A DNA stretch of 63,772 bases, filler included, from Octopus bimaculoides (GCF_001194135.2; 7 parts of 6 records of this genome joined end to end with filler, not necessarily neighbours in it), one strand, 5' to 3'. Positions 23,910 through 37,950 are shown, counted from the first letter of the whole stretch. Notes: generated by a model from the letters alone, not told the origin. Translations and numbers: made by a program.

Positions 23910-24784
23910 TACTAGGAGGTATCAAATTGTTCCCGGAGTAGTTCTGTAGCGTGCCAACAGTCGGTAGCACATAGTTGCCTGCACAATAACAGCTAGCAGT
24001 GACCATCATGAAGCAGTGTGAAATTGTGAAATTTGTGTTTTTGTGATCACCTGTATACTGTAGTCTGCGATTTTTGTAATGGACAGAAAGTTGGAGCTAG
24101 GAGCCAACGTGGAATTTTGCGTTAAATTTGTAAATCTGCAACAGAGACATTGAGCATGCTTCGGCAAGCTTATGGTGATGAGTCAATGGGTTGTATGCAA
24201 TGCTTTCTAGTGGTACGGGCGCTTCAAAAGCTGAAGAACGTCCCTAGAAGACGATGAGCGACCTGAAAAACCTGTCACGAGCGTCATCACCGGAAATGTG
24301 AAAAAGATTCATTAGCTTGTGCATGAGGATCATCGGAGGACAATCAACGACACTGCTGATATTGTTAGTCTGTCGTGTGGGTCCGTACAGGCAATCTTAA
24401 CGTCCGCGAAGAATTGGATTCTTCACGACGACAATGCACCGAGTCACCTAGCTCTCCTCACTCGCGAGTTTCTCGCCAAAAACAATATGGTATCGCTTCC
24501 TGACCCGCCCTATTCGCCAGATTTAGCATCTGTGGAGTTTCATCTCTTCCCCAAGAAAAAAAAAGAAACTCAAAGATCGACATTTTAACACCGTTGTAGA
24601 GATCAAGAGCGAATCACAGAAGGTCCTTGATTCGCTTGAGAAAATGACTTCCAGATCGGATTCCAAATGTGACAGGAACGCTGGGGCCGGTGTATTGCTA
24701 CGTAAGATAACTATTTCGAAGGTAATTAAGTTTTTTTTTTTATTAAACATAGCTAGTTCGAAGACTTTTTGTTACCACTTCTTA
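23910..24784 (+). mobile_element. Internally deleted mariner (irritans-like) with both TIRs
   Basis: Degenerate TIRs (tactaggaggtatcaaattgttcccggagtag; right-end reverse complement taagaagtggtaacaaaaagtcttcgaactag). ORF from 24079: MDRKLE..ATETLSMLRQAYGDE..LEDDERP..EDHRRTI | [25 protein letters not shown] deletion near 24407 removes the first catalytic Asp. Confidence 0.9.
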
Positions 24785-24790
24785 CATGTA

Positions 24791-24791
24791 A

Positions 24792-24855
<64 letters not shown>

Positions 24856-24864
24856 GTCTATCTG

Positions 24865-24953
<89 letters not shown>
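24791..24953. repeat. (TCTA)n microsatellite
   Basis: Direct reading; source of the LSIY-repeat ORFs. Confidence 0.97.
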
Positions 24954-24954
<1 letters not shown>

Positions 24955-25494
24955 ACGTTACACACACACACATATATGTATATTATTTGTATATAACATA
25001 ACAATATTGTTTATAAACATCCCCCCATAGTGCCCCTAATAAAATTTCCTCTGTATTAACATCTTAGGTTTCTTAGTGTCTTGCCCCTTTAACTGGTAAT
25101 TAGCATCATGATTTACAGCCTACCTCTACCCTGCCTGTTTTTATAGACAATTACTTATATTCAACTGACTACTCCTAACACCTTATTTCCTCCTTGGGGC
25201 AAAGGGGTACATATGATAATATTTATGACCATACCTAGGCATGAGTTGTCAACTCACTCTTGTCTTTTATTCAAAATAGACACAGTCTTCTAGTCTCAGA
25301 TTTAGTAGTTGATAAAGAGATAAGAGAATTAGAAATGAATTACAACCCTTAACACCATATGATCCCACTATGCTCCATGCGGTTCTCAGCTACAATAGCG
25401 ACTACATGAATTTCTTCCATCTTCTTTCTCAGTTAAAATATTTAAGAAAAATTATATTAATGTGTCCTACTTGTTAAAATTCATTTTAATTATT

Positions 25495-25585
25495 TGTGCA
25501 GCTAAAGATAGTACAGCAGTTAAATTGATGTAATGATTGCATTGATCAATTAAATGGAGTCGCTTGAAACGGTCGTACTGCAACA
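25495..25585 (+). ncRNA. Degenerate type I hammerhead-like motif with long helix II
   Basis: TGTGCAG-CTAAAGA-[57-nt hairpin]-GAAAC-GGTC-GTA-CTGCAACA. The core has a G-to-A change relative to CUGANGA; the core is intact (CTGAGGA) in the paralogue at 4227. Confidence 0.55.
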
Positions 25586-27224
25586 CTACTTGATATTCTG
25601 TTGCTTATTTTGATTTTATTCACCTTACTTTGGGCTGTGCGGATAATACCGGACTGACTTTGTGCTTCAACTTAAGTACCTAATTCAACTGAATCGTTAT
25701 TATATATATATATATATATGTATGTATATATATATATTATATCACGTGGTAACCGGTTGATTGCAGTTTTGCATGTGTTTATGCATCCGAATATCTATAC
25801 ACAGTTACCAGACTCTTTATATCTATTCGATTTTGATTCAGTTAATTGGCATAATTTTGTCTTTTATATATTAATTTACGCTTCAAGTTAATTGAATTCT
25901 TTTCCAGATATAACTGAAAACGCATTCGTGAATTGATTTTCAAGTTACATAGCTGTAGGCAAGCAAAATTATCGATAACTGTCTTGTTATCCAAAGCATT
26001 AAAAGAAATTTCGATGTTATCATATTTTCCCCATTTTTTACCATCACCCATATATGCATATTTTTATCAACTCTCGGACAGATATCATTTCTTTAAGAGA
26101 ATCTGTTTATCAAAGAAGTGTTGACAAAAATGATCATCTAAAGAAATTTAAAGAAAAGTATTTTCATGATCCAACTCATCAAAGACGGAGATTGATCTCG
26201 TATCTTAGTTTAATGAAACACCAGAAAAGAAAAAAAATGCTAACTTAAACGAGCTTTGCTCAGTAAAATTTTTCTGAATTCCTGAAGATTTTTCCTTTTA
26301 GATTAATGTAATGTTGAAGTGTTGTTGGATAAAATGTTGATATCCAAATTTATTGTGGAATGATGCTGAATAATAAGTAGGAATGTAACACACACAATGG
26401 TTACAGCTTCCCATATTTATTCGGAATTTGACTGTGTTGTTTAAATAATTATCATAAGGGATGTAAGCTTTAACCTTTAGAGTCACGAGGGACTGAAATT
26501 ATGTATTCAAAAACCGACATTTCCCCATCGCAACCTAATTTGTATGAATATAGAATATTTTCGAAAATGCCACAAATTGAAAGACTTTATTAATATGTTA
26601 TATATTTCTGCCTACTTATATTATTATTTCAGAACATAAAAATACCTCATATATATATGTGTATGTGTGTGTTGTCCATGTGTTGTTGTTTTGTATGTGA
26701 TGAGTGGGGTGTAATCATGTATGTATTCACAAAAACACACACAACACACACAACACACACACACATATAAAAGTTAAATTGATAACATATACATATGTGT
26801 ACATTAATGTATGTGTATTTGTATCATGTTTGTGGCAACCTTTTTTGCGCAACGCACCGGAGAAGTCGCTGTAGGAAGATGATTATAAATAAATCTCTCT
26901 TTTTGCCCTTCCCTTTTTATCACTGTCGACAAGAAAATAAGCGTTTGACCGGTTTCAAATCCCGTTTAGTTCTCATCAGTTATAAACAATAATGTGAGTT
27001 TTCCGCAGAAAGAATATTGGTACTAGTTATACATAGTCACAAGATATAGTGTGCTTGCTCAATTGATTCATTTAAATTTGTAGAAATAATGCTATGCAGG
27101 CAATATATTTAAAATAATTAATTGTAAACATAAGAAAATTCATTCTCTACGATATATGTGGTGTGGCATAAAGTTAATCTTTCTTTTCTTTCTCATCGTC
27201 TTTTTTTTAATCTTTTACTTGTTT

Positions 27225-27482
27225 CAGTCATTCGACTGCAGCCATACGGAGGTATTGACTTAAAGTGTTTTAGTCGAACAAATCGACCCCGTGATTTACT
27301 TTTCAGATCTAGTGCTTATTCTATCAATCTCTTTTTCCGAACCGCTAATAACGGGGACATAAACACACCATCACCGGTTGTCAAGCTTTAGTAGAAGACA
27401 CTTGCTCGAAGTGCCACGCAGTGACTCTGAACCCGGAACAATGTGGCTGAGAAGCAAACTTCTTACCACACAGTCACGTCTC
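27225..27482 (-). mobile_element. SINE, family A, with internal deletion
   Basis: Head (27395-27482) is joined directly to the tail; the central block and microsatellite are missing. Confidence 0.85.
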
Positions 27483-28626
27483 GTTCTGACCAGCTTGTAA
27501 TTTCTTTTGATTCTCATCAAAATACGAAAATACTATTTGATATGTCCACGAAGACAAATATATATATACATACNNNNNNNNNNNNNNNNNNNNNNNNNNN
27601 NNNNNNNNNNNNNNNNNNNNNNNNNNNNNNNNNNNNNNNNNNNNNNNNNNNNNNNNNNNNNNNNNNNNNNNNNNNNNNNNNNNNNNNNNNNNNNNNNNNA
27701 TATATATCACTAAAATTAGTTTGTTCAACCGATTAATTAGACTTGCATACATTAGATGGCTTCCTAATTTAATTAATTCATTATGAAATAAATACACATA
27801 TTCGTGTGCTTGTTCGTATGATTGTGTTTACATTTACATTAACCTAAGAGCCAATATTATTTATGTATATATGTAATAATTTAGTAGATCGACAAATAGT
27901 GTTTATAAGATAAGAAAACACTGAAATAAGTAATACAGTCGACTGAAACCTTTTCAGATGGACCCCAAGCATGGCTGTAGTCCCATGAGGGAAATTAGTG
28001 AAAGAATATATGCTGAGTTTAAGTTTATGTTGTAGTACAAAAAGATGTACTCGATACAAATTAATATTGAAAGTGTATAGTATTTCAGAGTTGCATATAT
28101 TAATTTTTGTGAGAAAAACTGGTACTTCATAACTAGAACAGCGGTTTCGTTTCAGGAGATTTCAAAGCTAACTTTAACCGAATGAGACTACAGTTTCAGC
28201 AATGTGATATATTTATCTTTAATAAATTAACACACGCACACACACACAAGCAAAAACCATTTGTATGTGTGTGATTGTAAATATGTATTTTAGTATTTTA
28301 AGTACAGTTTTATACTTCCTTTGTTCCAGTACATGGGTAACCAATTTTGCCTGCCGTTCTGATGGGTCCATAACATCGCTACTGGTTAAGTTCTGGAATT
28401 AATGAAAGCAATTATTCTTTCACTCAGAAATCAACATAATACAAAACTCGTTGTTTACATTTCAACAGCTAAATGCTAACCACTTATGAGTATATGAAAT
28501 GTAATACATACATACATACATACATGCATACATACATACATTACATAAATACATGCATACACAAACATGCACATACACACACACACATATATATATATAC
28601 TTGCATATGTATGTGTTATGTATGTG

Positions 28627-28659
<33 letters not shown>

Positions 28660-28759
28660 NNNNNNNNNNNNNNNNNNNNNNNNNNNNNNNNNNNNNNNNN
28701 NNNTTAATTAATTAANNNNNNNNNNNNNNNNNNNNNNNNNNNNNNNNNNNNNNNNNNNN

Positions 28760-28821
28760 GGTCATCGTCGTCGTCGTCGTGGTAGCGGCGGCGGCGGCGG
28801 TGGTGGTGGTAGTAGTGGTTC

Positions 28822-28860
<39 letters not shown>

Positions 28861-29347
28861 CAGCAGCAGCAGCAGCAGTAGTAGTTGTGGCGGATATCCT
28901 TATTGTGAAGGTGGCGCGAGACGGTAAGGAAGGTGGAAGCCGAGAACGGCTCTGACGTCATAACCAATAAATAATGGCGTCCCTATTGTTAGATTCGTTA
29001 ATCATTCGTCGAGTATAACGATACTTCCACTGTTGACACTGTGGTTTGGTTTTATATAGTAGTACACTGTTGGTTTTTGTTGTTGTTTTTACTGCTGTCG
29101 TCGTTGTTGTTGCTGTTGCTGCTGCTGCTGCTGCTGCTGCTGTTTTGTTCGTTACTTAATAGTGTTTGCTGTAGATTTCGGTAGTGGAAATAATGGTCGC
29201 AATAGGTGTATTTGATGTAATTAGCTGTGTTTTGTATTTTTTACGTATTTTATTACATGAATGTTATTGTTTCATATTGATGATAACAATGGATTTCATA
29301 CTGCTACTGCGGCTGCTGTTGCAGGTAGTGGTGGTGGTGGTGGTGAT

Positions 29348-29379
<32 letters not shown>

Positions 29380-29507
29380 TGATGATGATGATGATGATCG
29401 TGATCAGGATCGTGTTGATGTTGATTTTTATGGTGATAGCTGTTGGGTATGAAAGGATACAGTGGCTTCTGTTGTTTCTGTTGGTAATGGCAACGCCTAT
29501 GGTGATG

Positions 29508-29572
<65 letters not shown>

Positions 29573-29820
29573 NNNNNNNNNNNNNNNNNNNNNNNNNNNN
29601 NNNNNNNNNNNNNNNNNNNNNNNNNNNNNNNNNNNNNNNNNNNNNNNNNNNNNNNNNNNNNNNNNNNNNNNNNNNNNNNNNNNNNNNNNNNNNNNNNNNN
29701 NNNNNNNAGTGGTGGTGGTGGTGATGATGGTAGTGGTGGTGGTGGCGGTGACGATGATGATGATGACGACGACGTTGACGACAACAACGACGACGATGAA
29801 CACAGCAGTTATTGCCACTA
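28760..29820. repeat. Compound trinucleotide repeats (GTC, GGC, GGT, AGT, AGC, GAT)
   Basis: Direct reading; explains the poly-V/T/S/D/H ORFs. Confidence 0.92.
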
Positions 29821-30167
29821 GCCTGGCGAGGGGAACCGTATATAGAGGCAGAATATTTCGGAAATGTCTTTTCCATGTATCTCATATCCCTCTCATACAA
29901 CGAAATACTAAAATATTATCCCCTAATTTCACAGATATCAACGCAAACGAATCGCACTAATACAGCTTAAAACGAGCAAATCACCCTTCTACCATTCATA
30001 TTTACACCACATAGACTCATTCGAAACTTTTTTCATTTGTAGGACACACACTCACACACACACACACACACATCATACATGCACATTTTTCATTGTACAC
30101 TTGGGTGGTGGCCTTATTGTTGGGTGATAAAGTTAAAATAAAAAAAATATTAACGTGAATCACAAAA

Positions 30168-30209
30168 CACCTGAAGAAGGGTGGAGCGAACAAGAGCCGA
30201 AACATAGTG
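30168..30209 (+). ncRNA. Degenerate hammerhead motif (Penelope-type relic)
   Basis: CAC-CTGAAGA-A-GGGT...AGCC-GAAAC-ATA-GTG; stem III is shortened. Confidence 0.4.
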
Positions 30210-30261
30210 AAAGCAACAACCAAGATGAAGACACCAGTACCATTAATATAAACAGTGTACA

Positions 30262-30477
30262 AGGTGGTGAGCTGACAGAAACGTTAGCACGCCGGGCGAA
30301 ATACTTAGCGGTATTTCGTCCATCTTTACGTTCTGAGTTCAAATTCCGCAGAGATTGGCTTTGCCTTTCATCCTTTCGAGGTCGATAAATTAAGTACCAG
30401 TTACGTACTGGAGTCATTCTAATCGACTGGCCCCCTCCCCAAAAAATTTCGGGCCTTGTGCCTAGAGTAGAAAAGAC
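30262..30477 (+). mobile_element. Full-length SINE, family C, with perfect 15-bp TSD
   Basis: TSD tataaacagtgtaca at 30247-30261 and 30478-30492. Confidence 0.95.
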
Positions 30478-30800
30478 TATAAACAGTGTACATAATATAA
30501 ATTTTTCATCTCAGAAATATAGAATTGGTAGAGTTAATGTTGCGGTAGAGTTATTCTGAGGCCCGGTATAAACCACCACCTGTCATCTCAGTTGCTTTCA
30601 ACAACGTTTCACCGGTTTGAGGATAACTTCCTCCCTCCCGTCAACCTAGAAGGCCCTGTGAAGGGTCATGGACACTACTCTCCTTCCTGATTAAAATTTA
30701 AAGAAACATACATGCTTAAGGAATGTGTATTCCTTTTATCTATATTAGAAACACATTTCTCCCAGGGTCGACGGCACATGTGCAAGCCAGCTTCTCAATA

Positions 30801-31014
30801 TACAGCGTGTCCATAAATTACCTTTACAATTTGAAAAATTTGAAGGAAAAATGAAAAATAAGGATAACTAATCAGAGTTTTGGGGATGACGCACCATCTT
30901 GATGAAAAAAAAATAGTCGTTCGCCAGTGTTGCAACGAAGTTGATTGGTGGATCTCAACCTTAATAGATACAGTTAATTGTGGAAGTTGTAAAGATAATA
31001 TATGGACACCCTAT
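30801..31014. mobile_element. Tc1/mariner-type MITE
   Basis: Left end TA-cagcgtgtccataaattacctttaca; right-end reverse complement tagggtgtccatatattatctttaca. Confidence 0.75.
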
Positions 31015-31215
31015 GTATGACTAGGCCTTGCGAAGAAGGAAGAGAACCTTTCATTATGTAAATACTAATTTGTAACACAGGCACAAGGCTTCAAATGTAG
31101 GAAAAGTTACAGTCCATTATATCTACCCGTATCTCATTGAATAATATTTTATCTACACTGAACGAATAAATCTGAGATTTGAATTCAGAACGCAAAGGTG
31201 CATAACTAAATATTG

Positions 31216-31429
31216 GTTTCAAATATTGGAACAAGGCCAGCAATTTCAGAGGAAGGGATGAGTCGATTACATCGATCCCAGTGTTCAACTTGTACTTATT
31301 TTATCGACCCCGAAAGGATAACAGGTAAAGTCGACCTCGGCGGAATTTGAACGCAGAACGTGAAGACAGACGAAATGCTGCAAAGCATTTTGCACAGCGC
31401 GCTAACGATTCTGCCAGCTCGTCGCCTCC
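31216..31429 (-). mobile_element. SINE, family C (variant tail), with 18-bp TSD
   Basis: TSD gtgcataactaaatattg (31198-31215) and gtgcatagctaaatattg (31430-31447). Confidence 0.9.
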
Positions 31430-32164
31430 GTGCATAGCTAAATATTGCTGGGTGTTTTGTCTGACATTATAAATATTACAATGACAATATTTTTAGTTGT
31501 GTTATATGTCAAATAATTAATAAGAAAAACAATCACTTTCAACAACGTCTGTTAATAACGCTAAGCATGTTCAATACATAATGTATAATTTGTTCTATGC
31601 ACGTTATGCATGTGAATCAAGATGTAATGAAATTGTCAAAAGATCAGAGCTAAAATACTTCCTATACAAAGTTGAGGGATGAAAATGTATCGTATTAAAC
31701 GTGGGCCTAAAGACACGCAGTCTCTGGCCACAATAAGAAATATCTCTCGAGAAAACTGAACTTCAGGGTTTTTTATACGCTCACCGCAACTTCCTAGGAT
31801 GTTCCAGAAAGCCTTTAGGCGCGAAAATTAATCTTATCGTTTTGCTGTTACCGCCTGTTACGAACTGATATCAAAGATGAATGGATGGATGCTCCCAACT
31901 GCAGTGCTATTATTATTCACCAGAGGCAATTATCTCTAGTCAGTATATCAGTCAATTCTGATTGAGTGGACCTAAGGTCAGACATTTCAACCGTTTCTGT
32001 TCCATCATTTCCCAAGATACAGACCACCCAGGACCAAACTAATCAATGTCCCATTCTTTTCTAAAACAATGGGGTGTAATATGAGAGGGGGAAGGGGTTC
32101 TGACTGCTAATTCTTATAGGTCAAGCAATTTTGCAAACGCTCTCTTATTGATTCAGTGTTGCTT

Positions 32165-32165
32165 C

Positions 32166-32218
<53 letters not shown>

Positions 32219-32234
32219 CAGCAGCAGCAGCAAC

Positions 32235-32287
<53 letters not shown>

Positions 32288-32305
32288 CAGTTGTTGTTGT
32301 TGTTG
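32165..32305. repeat. (AGT)n/(AGC)n/(GTT)n compound microsatellite
   Basis: Direct reading. Confidence 0.95.
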
Positions 32306-32477
32306 GGAGTACTGTATGTTCGTGACTGTATTTGCTGAGGCTGCTGAGAGCATCCATACCAGACGTGGTACTAATTACAGTTGCATGCAGCTGCTGTTGC
32401 TGATGTAGTGGAAGCAGGTGCTAAATCTACCAGCACAGCTAACGACAATGCTGGTAAGGTTATCTCTTGGTACCCAT

Positions 32478-32525
<48 letters not shown>

Positions 32526-33097
32526 ATATACGCATACACGCATGCAACTGCAATCACATGCATGCACCTAAACAGACATGTGCATAGATATACAGAGATA
32601 CACTCAGACAAACATACACACACAAAAATAAACGGATAATGTTAAACTGGTGCTCACGATACAAACGAACACATAACCTCAAACTAATCGACGCAAAAGC
32701 ATCCATCCAGCGACATAGACTCATAGACGCATATGTGCACATACGTGTATGTGTGTGTGAGAGAGAGAGTGTGTGTGTGTGTGTGTGTGTGTGTATACAC
32801 ACGCATATACATACCTATGTGTGTGTGTATATGTATATAATACAAATAATATATGAGTATATGCATATATACGTACATGTATGTACAAACTTACATCTAC
32901 ATGTATATATAGACGCATATCTGGGTACAGGACGTCATAAAAAAACGTGGGCAAAATGAAAAACAGAACATAAACAGAGCACAGAAAACAAACAGGCCGC
33001 ATAGAGAATATTTCCTTCATCAGCTGCCCCTATTCTAAACTAGGCGTTTCGAAGAATTATATATATATACATATGTATGTACATATGTATGTATGTA

Positions 33098-33151
<54 letters not shown>

Positions 33152-35942
33152 CATGTCCGCATGTAAGTATATATATATATAAGAGAGAGAGAGAGAGAGA
33201 GAGAAAGAAAGAAAGAAAGAAAGAAAGAAACCGATCGAGATAAGCGAATAGATAAACACATACGTACATACATTTATACATATATGCATAAATACATGTA
33301 TGCGTGTGCCTGTACGCGCATGAGTGTGTTTACAATCTACTCACACGTACGAAACTCAACATGTTATTACCAAATGTTCAATTCTTTCTCCAGTTCCAAC
33401 CACCAACACGCCCCCAACAACAACAACAACAGCAACTACATCAAGAACAGCATTTTTGACGAGCCACCGAGCGAGCCTCCCCGTAGTCAATCGACATGAT
33501 ACGAATAACACCCAAATTTCTTTCAGATTAAACCCAACCATCTTTAAAAAGGCTACGATATATTCGCTAATGTCATCCCAGATACACATTTCCTCAAGCT
33601 TTATACAGTAATAGATTCATAAGCAGTGTCTCGATGGAATGAGAAGTTAGTCACTGATGCAAGACTGAAATCAATCCAGTTGATCCTTCTTTTTCTGTTC
33701 ACAAAGATATTGATAGGCAAATTGCTCTATACTATTTAATCCCTTTGTATTATTTCTTTAAAAGCAGTTCCTCCACGGACTGTTAAACAGGGTACTCAGT
33801 CGCCGATGATATCACAACACAGTCTATTTATCCCTCCTTTTTCTGTACACATAGATACCGTGAATATGAACCAGGTTTTACACCAGTTTGTTATATATAT
33901 ATATAGTATTCGCCGAAATGTGTAGACACACTCCATAGTACAATATAGTATTAAATAAGGAAGTCATACATTACCTAGTTTTCATACTGCTGAAAAATGA
34001 CAGAAGTGACGACTTAAATGCTTTTTACCATACACCTACACATTGAGAGGGCTAACCCAAGACTAAACAACAACAGTAGAAACAAAGGCAGTGATGGACC
34101 AAACAGATACGTTATCGAACTATCAAGGGTCATGAGTTAGTTTCTTCTGCAAGCGTTTATTGTTTTTATCTGAACACGTTGTACTTTACATTGGTTTAGT
34201 TCATTAAACTATCAGAAATATTCACCAGATTAATTTGGAATGCTTTCCAATTTGAAGAGAGAAGTATATTTCTTTGATCTGCGTAATGAAACCAGCGTGA
34301 AGTATCACTGGAAGACATTTTACATTTTCTTTACAGCACCAAGCAATCACATCTACTTCACTATAAATACCATCACTGCAACTACAGTACATCGCAATCA
34401 ATTTCACCATGCAAAAGTAAAATATTGTAATTTGCTTCAAGCACTGTACTATGTCTAAAAGAACATTTGAGCAATGCACTAGAAAAGTTAGGCAAAAAAA
34501 GTAAAGTCATGTTAATGAATGAAAATAACGTAAAGGGTGTAGTATTATCTTACATAGATTGTTTAATGATCCTAAAATATTTCGGGGGAAACTCTCCTTT
34601 TCAAATATAAGAAAGAAATTCTAAAAGTTCAAAGAAATGTATTGTTATCGGTAGGTCATTCAAGTGTGCTGTAAAGCGATTTTTCCCTAAATATTAATGT
34701 AATGCAATATTTTCCCCTTTGTTTTTAGTCATTGAAATCACATTACATATTTTGTATAACCCCTTATTTGCATAGCTCAAAAGTAATTTTAAAACACTTC
34801 ACCTATAGTATTATAAACAATTTCTGCAAATAACTTTAGTATTAAAAACGCCATTATGTTTCTGGTTACAATATAGTCATTGAGTTTGTCTCTTTAGATG
34901 ACTCGACCATCCACAATATTCTTCTACATGATCATAACTTGTTGTAAATAGCAGCAAATACTCCCTCAAATGAAATTACTGTCTTACAAGAAAAAAAAGA
35001 TATGTTAATTCGGTGTCACCTAATCGGATTCTCCACAATAGTAGAAGTTCCGTGAGAAATAGTAATAAGTAGGCTGGTTATATGCATCTTCGAGTTATAT
35101 TTTTGTCTCGATATATTCCTTGAGACAGGGAAACGCTGGCTTCTGCCCGTAGTCAGAAAACCAACAGGAAAATTACTTCTTAGTAGAGAATTGTGAGAGA
35201 ATTTATTTTGAACGTTGTCTTAATAATTTTTCTTCAGTCCTCTTTATGGCGTTTGATTGATTTTAGCACTGCCAAACTTTTCAGAACCAATTTTATGAGG
35301 TGTTTAATCTCTTAAGAAATTTAACTTTATGAAAAAGAAAGGAAAAATGATAACTTTTATGTAAACGTTCACTTAGCCTTAAAATGTATTTAAAGAGTCC
35401 CCAAGTGTAAAAAATTAGGGGAAATGTTTCATTAAATAATGTAGTCCTCAATACAAGTAGATGATTTGGTGACAGCTGGTACGCCTTTGATCACAGAACT
35501 GCTTGATCAAGACATATGCGAAGTGTTAAACGCATTGAGAACATCATTGTGTTTCATTCCTATCGAAATCATAGCATATTTTAAGACGCAATAATAATTG
35601 TTACATTTTGTGAAACAACATAAACAGCAGAAAAAATTTTACCATCTCAATAATCAACGTAGCAATCAACATTTTTTTAAATGTCCTACAGTAATTTATC
35701 TTTTCAGTTGCACAAGTTAGAATTTCAAAATTTCTTTAACAGATTTAACGTCACACACAGGCAACTGTCACGCACAATATTAAATGTTTGTTCCTCTGTT
35801 TTCAGCATAACAGAGTGTCAATGGCTCTGTCAAAATTACTGTTGTGAAACTCAGTGTCAAATGATATAATGAAAACAAAGTGGTGCCAAATACTATCTCT
35901 CTGTCTGTTTGTCTCTCCCCCTTTCTCCCTATATATATGTGA

Positions 35943-35988
<46 letters not shown>

Positions 35989-36381
35989 NNNNNNNNNNNN
36001 NNNNNNNNNNNNNNNNNNNNNNNNNNNNNNNNNNNNNNNNNNNNNNNNNNNNNNNNNNNNNNNNNNNNNNNNNNNNNNNNNNNNNNNNNNNNNNNNNNNN
36101 NNNNNNNNNNNNNNNNNNNNNNNNNNNNNNNNNNNNNNNNNNNNNNNNNNNNNNNNNNNNNNNNNNNNNNNNNNNNNNNNNNNNNNNNNNNNNNNNNNNN
36201 NNNNNNNNNNNNNNNNNNNNNNNNNNNNNNNNNNNNNNNNNNNNNNNNNNNNNNNNNNNNNNNNNNNNNNNNNNNNNNNNNNNNNNNNNNNNNNNNNNNN
36301 NNNNNNNNNNNNNNNNNNNNNNNNNNNNNNNNNNNNNNNNNNNNNNNNNNNNNNNNNNNNNNNNNNNNNNNNNNNNNNNNN

Positions 36382-36429
<48 letters not shown>

Positions 36430-37706
36430 ATTTATATATAGAAATAGAAATACACACACATATGTGTTTGTATGTACGTTTATGTAAATATGTAAATGTA
36501 GATATGTATGTATGTACGTACGTATATATTTATGTATCTATGTATCTATGTATTAATGAATATATTTACATACAGACACTTTCACATGTATGTACACACG
36601 GATATACATAACACAAGGTCTCGTGATCGTGTTGTATGTATTATTGTTCGATTCTACCTGCAAAGTAGATTGAAGTAAAATCGAATGTCACCTGAACCTT
36701 TCATTTCTTGTGGTTTGTCAATAGTCTTAGATATCACCGTTTGATATTGCACACACATACACACATACACACATACACACATACACACACACATACACAC
36801 ATACACACACACACACATACACACACATATCCGGTGTAAATCTGAATATATTGTTTAGCCTTTAATTGACTATGATGTTATTAAGTGCTTTATCGCAAGT
36901 TATTTCAAATTTCAATACGTAGTCTGCTTTCATCTAAAATTATCCATTTTTATATTTCTATATCGGTATTTACTATAAACATAAATCCAATATATTTTAT
37001 TAGGCAAAGTTTAATAAAGACCGGATAGACGAGGTATACTATAGATCACAAACCTCTAATCATCAATCAGATGGAAAAATAACTATTCTGTGACGTATTT
37101 TCTAAATAACCTTCATTATAGGCTCACGAGCCATTTTACAAGAGGATTAAGATATTTTAAAATATGCCTAAGTACAGCAGTTTAATGTGTAATAGTATAT
37201 GATTTTGTATCTTCAAGCAGGTCTGGTATTTTTCAAGTATATCAAGTGTTATTTATTTTAACAAGCTATATAAATTACGTGGTGGATTCTGAATTGCTTG
37301 AGACGGACAAGTCACAAAAAAAAAATGTCGTGGCTTAAAAATGAAAAACAAAGAATCTCCATCAGATCTGAAACCCCCCTTGTATTCTATTACGTTTTCA
37401 AAAAGTTATACCTGATCTGCTGTTAAATAAAACGTTAGCGATTGCAAACAAACGATATTTTTTCCAACGTGTGTAGTCGGTATCTGAAAAAAATTACGAA
37501 GTTTTTGTATTTATCTATGTGAATACATTTCTATCGTGTTTGTGTATTTTAGTATTCTTCTTCCTTTAACTCACTGTAGTTCTCCTAGTGTATAACATGG
37601 TACCTAGAGCGATTGTATGTGTGATATCCAAATAACTAACACAAACGTATATTTTGAAGAATGTAAATTTTACTCCGTTTACGATTGATAGAAACAAAGC
37701 ATATTA

Positions 37707-37748
<42 letters not shown>

Positions 37749-37751
37749 CGG

Positions 37752-37789
<38 letters not shown>

Positions 37790-37790
<1 letters not shown>

Positions 37791-37950
37791 CTAATATATA
37801 AATGGCAATTTCTGGCTGGCTGTCTGTTACCATCTTAGTGTCTAAACCAGCAAACCAATATTCATGAAAGTTTGCGTACATGTTACACTAACATTCAGTT
37901 CAATAATAGGCTAATAAAATTCAATAAAAATCTATTATGTACCCCACCCC
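37790..37950 (+). mobile_element. Non-autonomous Helitron-like 5' end
   Basis: Begins A|TCTAATATATAAA, then ctggctggctgtctgt..aaaccagcaaaccaatattcatgaaagtttg, resembling Helitron-N 5' ends. No 3' hairpin-CTAG was found. Confidence 0.55.

Noticed and set aside
29184-29960. 258-aa ORF with poly-V/M/T
   Set aside because: Compound trinucleotide repeat plus gap; no domain signal.
33005-33052. Minus-strand GAAACG...CTGATGA as a permuted hammerhead
   Set aside because: No convincing stem I and no NUH triplet in register.
34240-34458. 72-aa plus ORF with natural-looking composition
   Set aside because: In-frame stop just upstream, no usable splice acceptor and no recognisable domain.
37137-37385. 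Possible mariner MITE (tacaagagg...ccccttgta)
   Set aside because: Inverted similarity is limited to about 9 nt.
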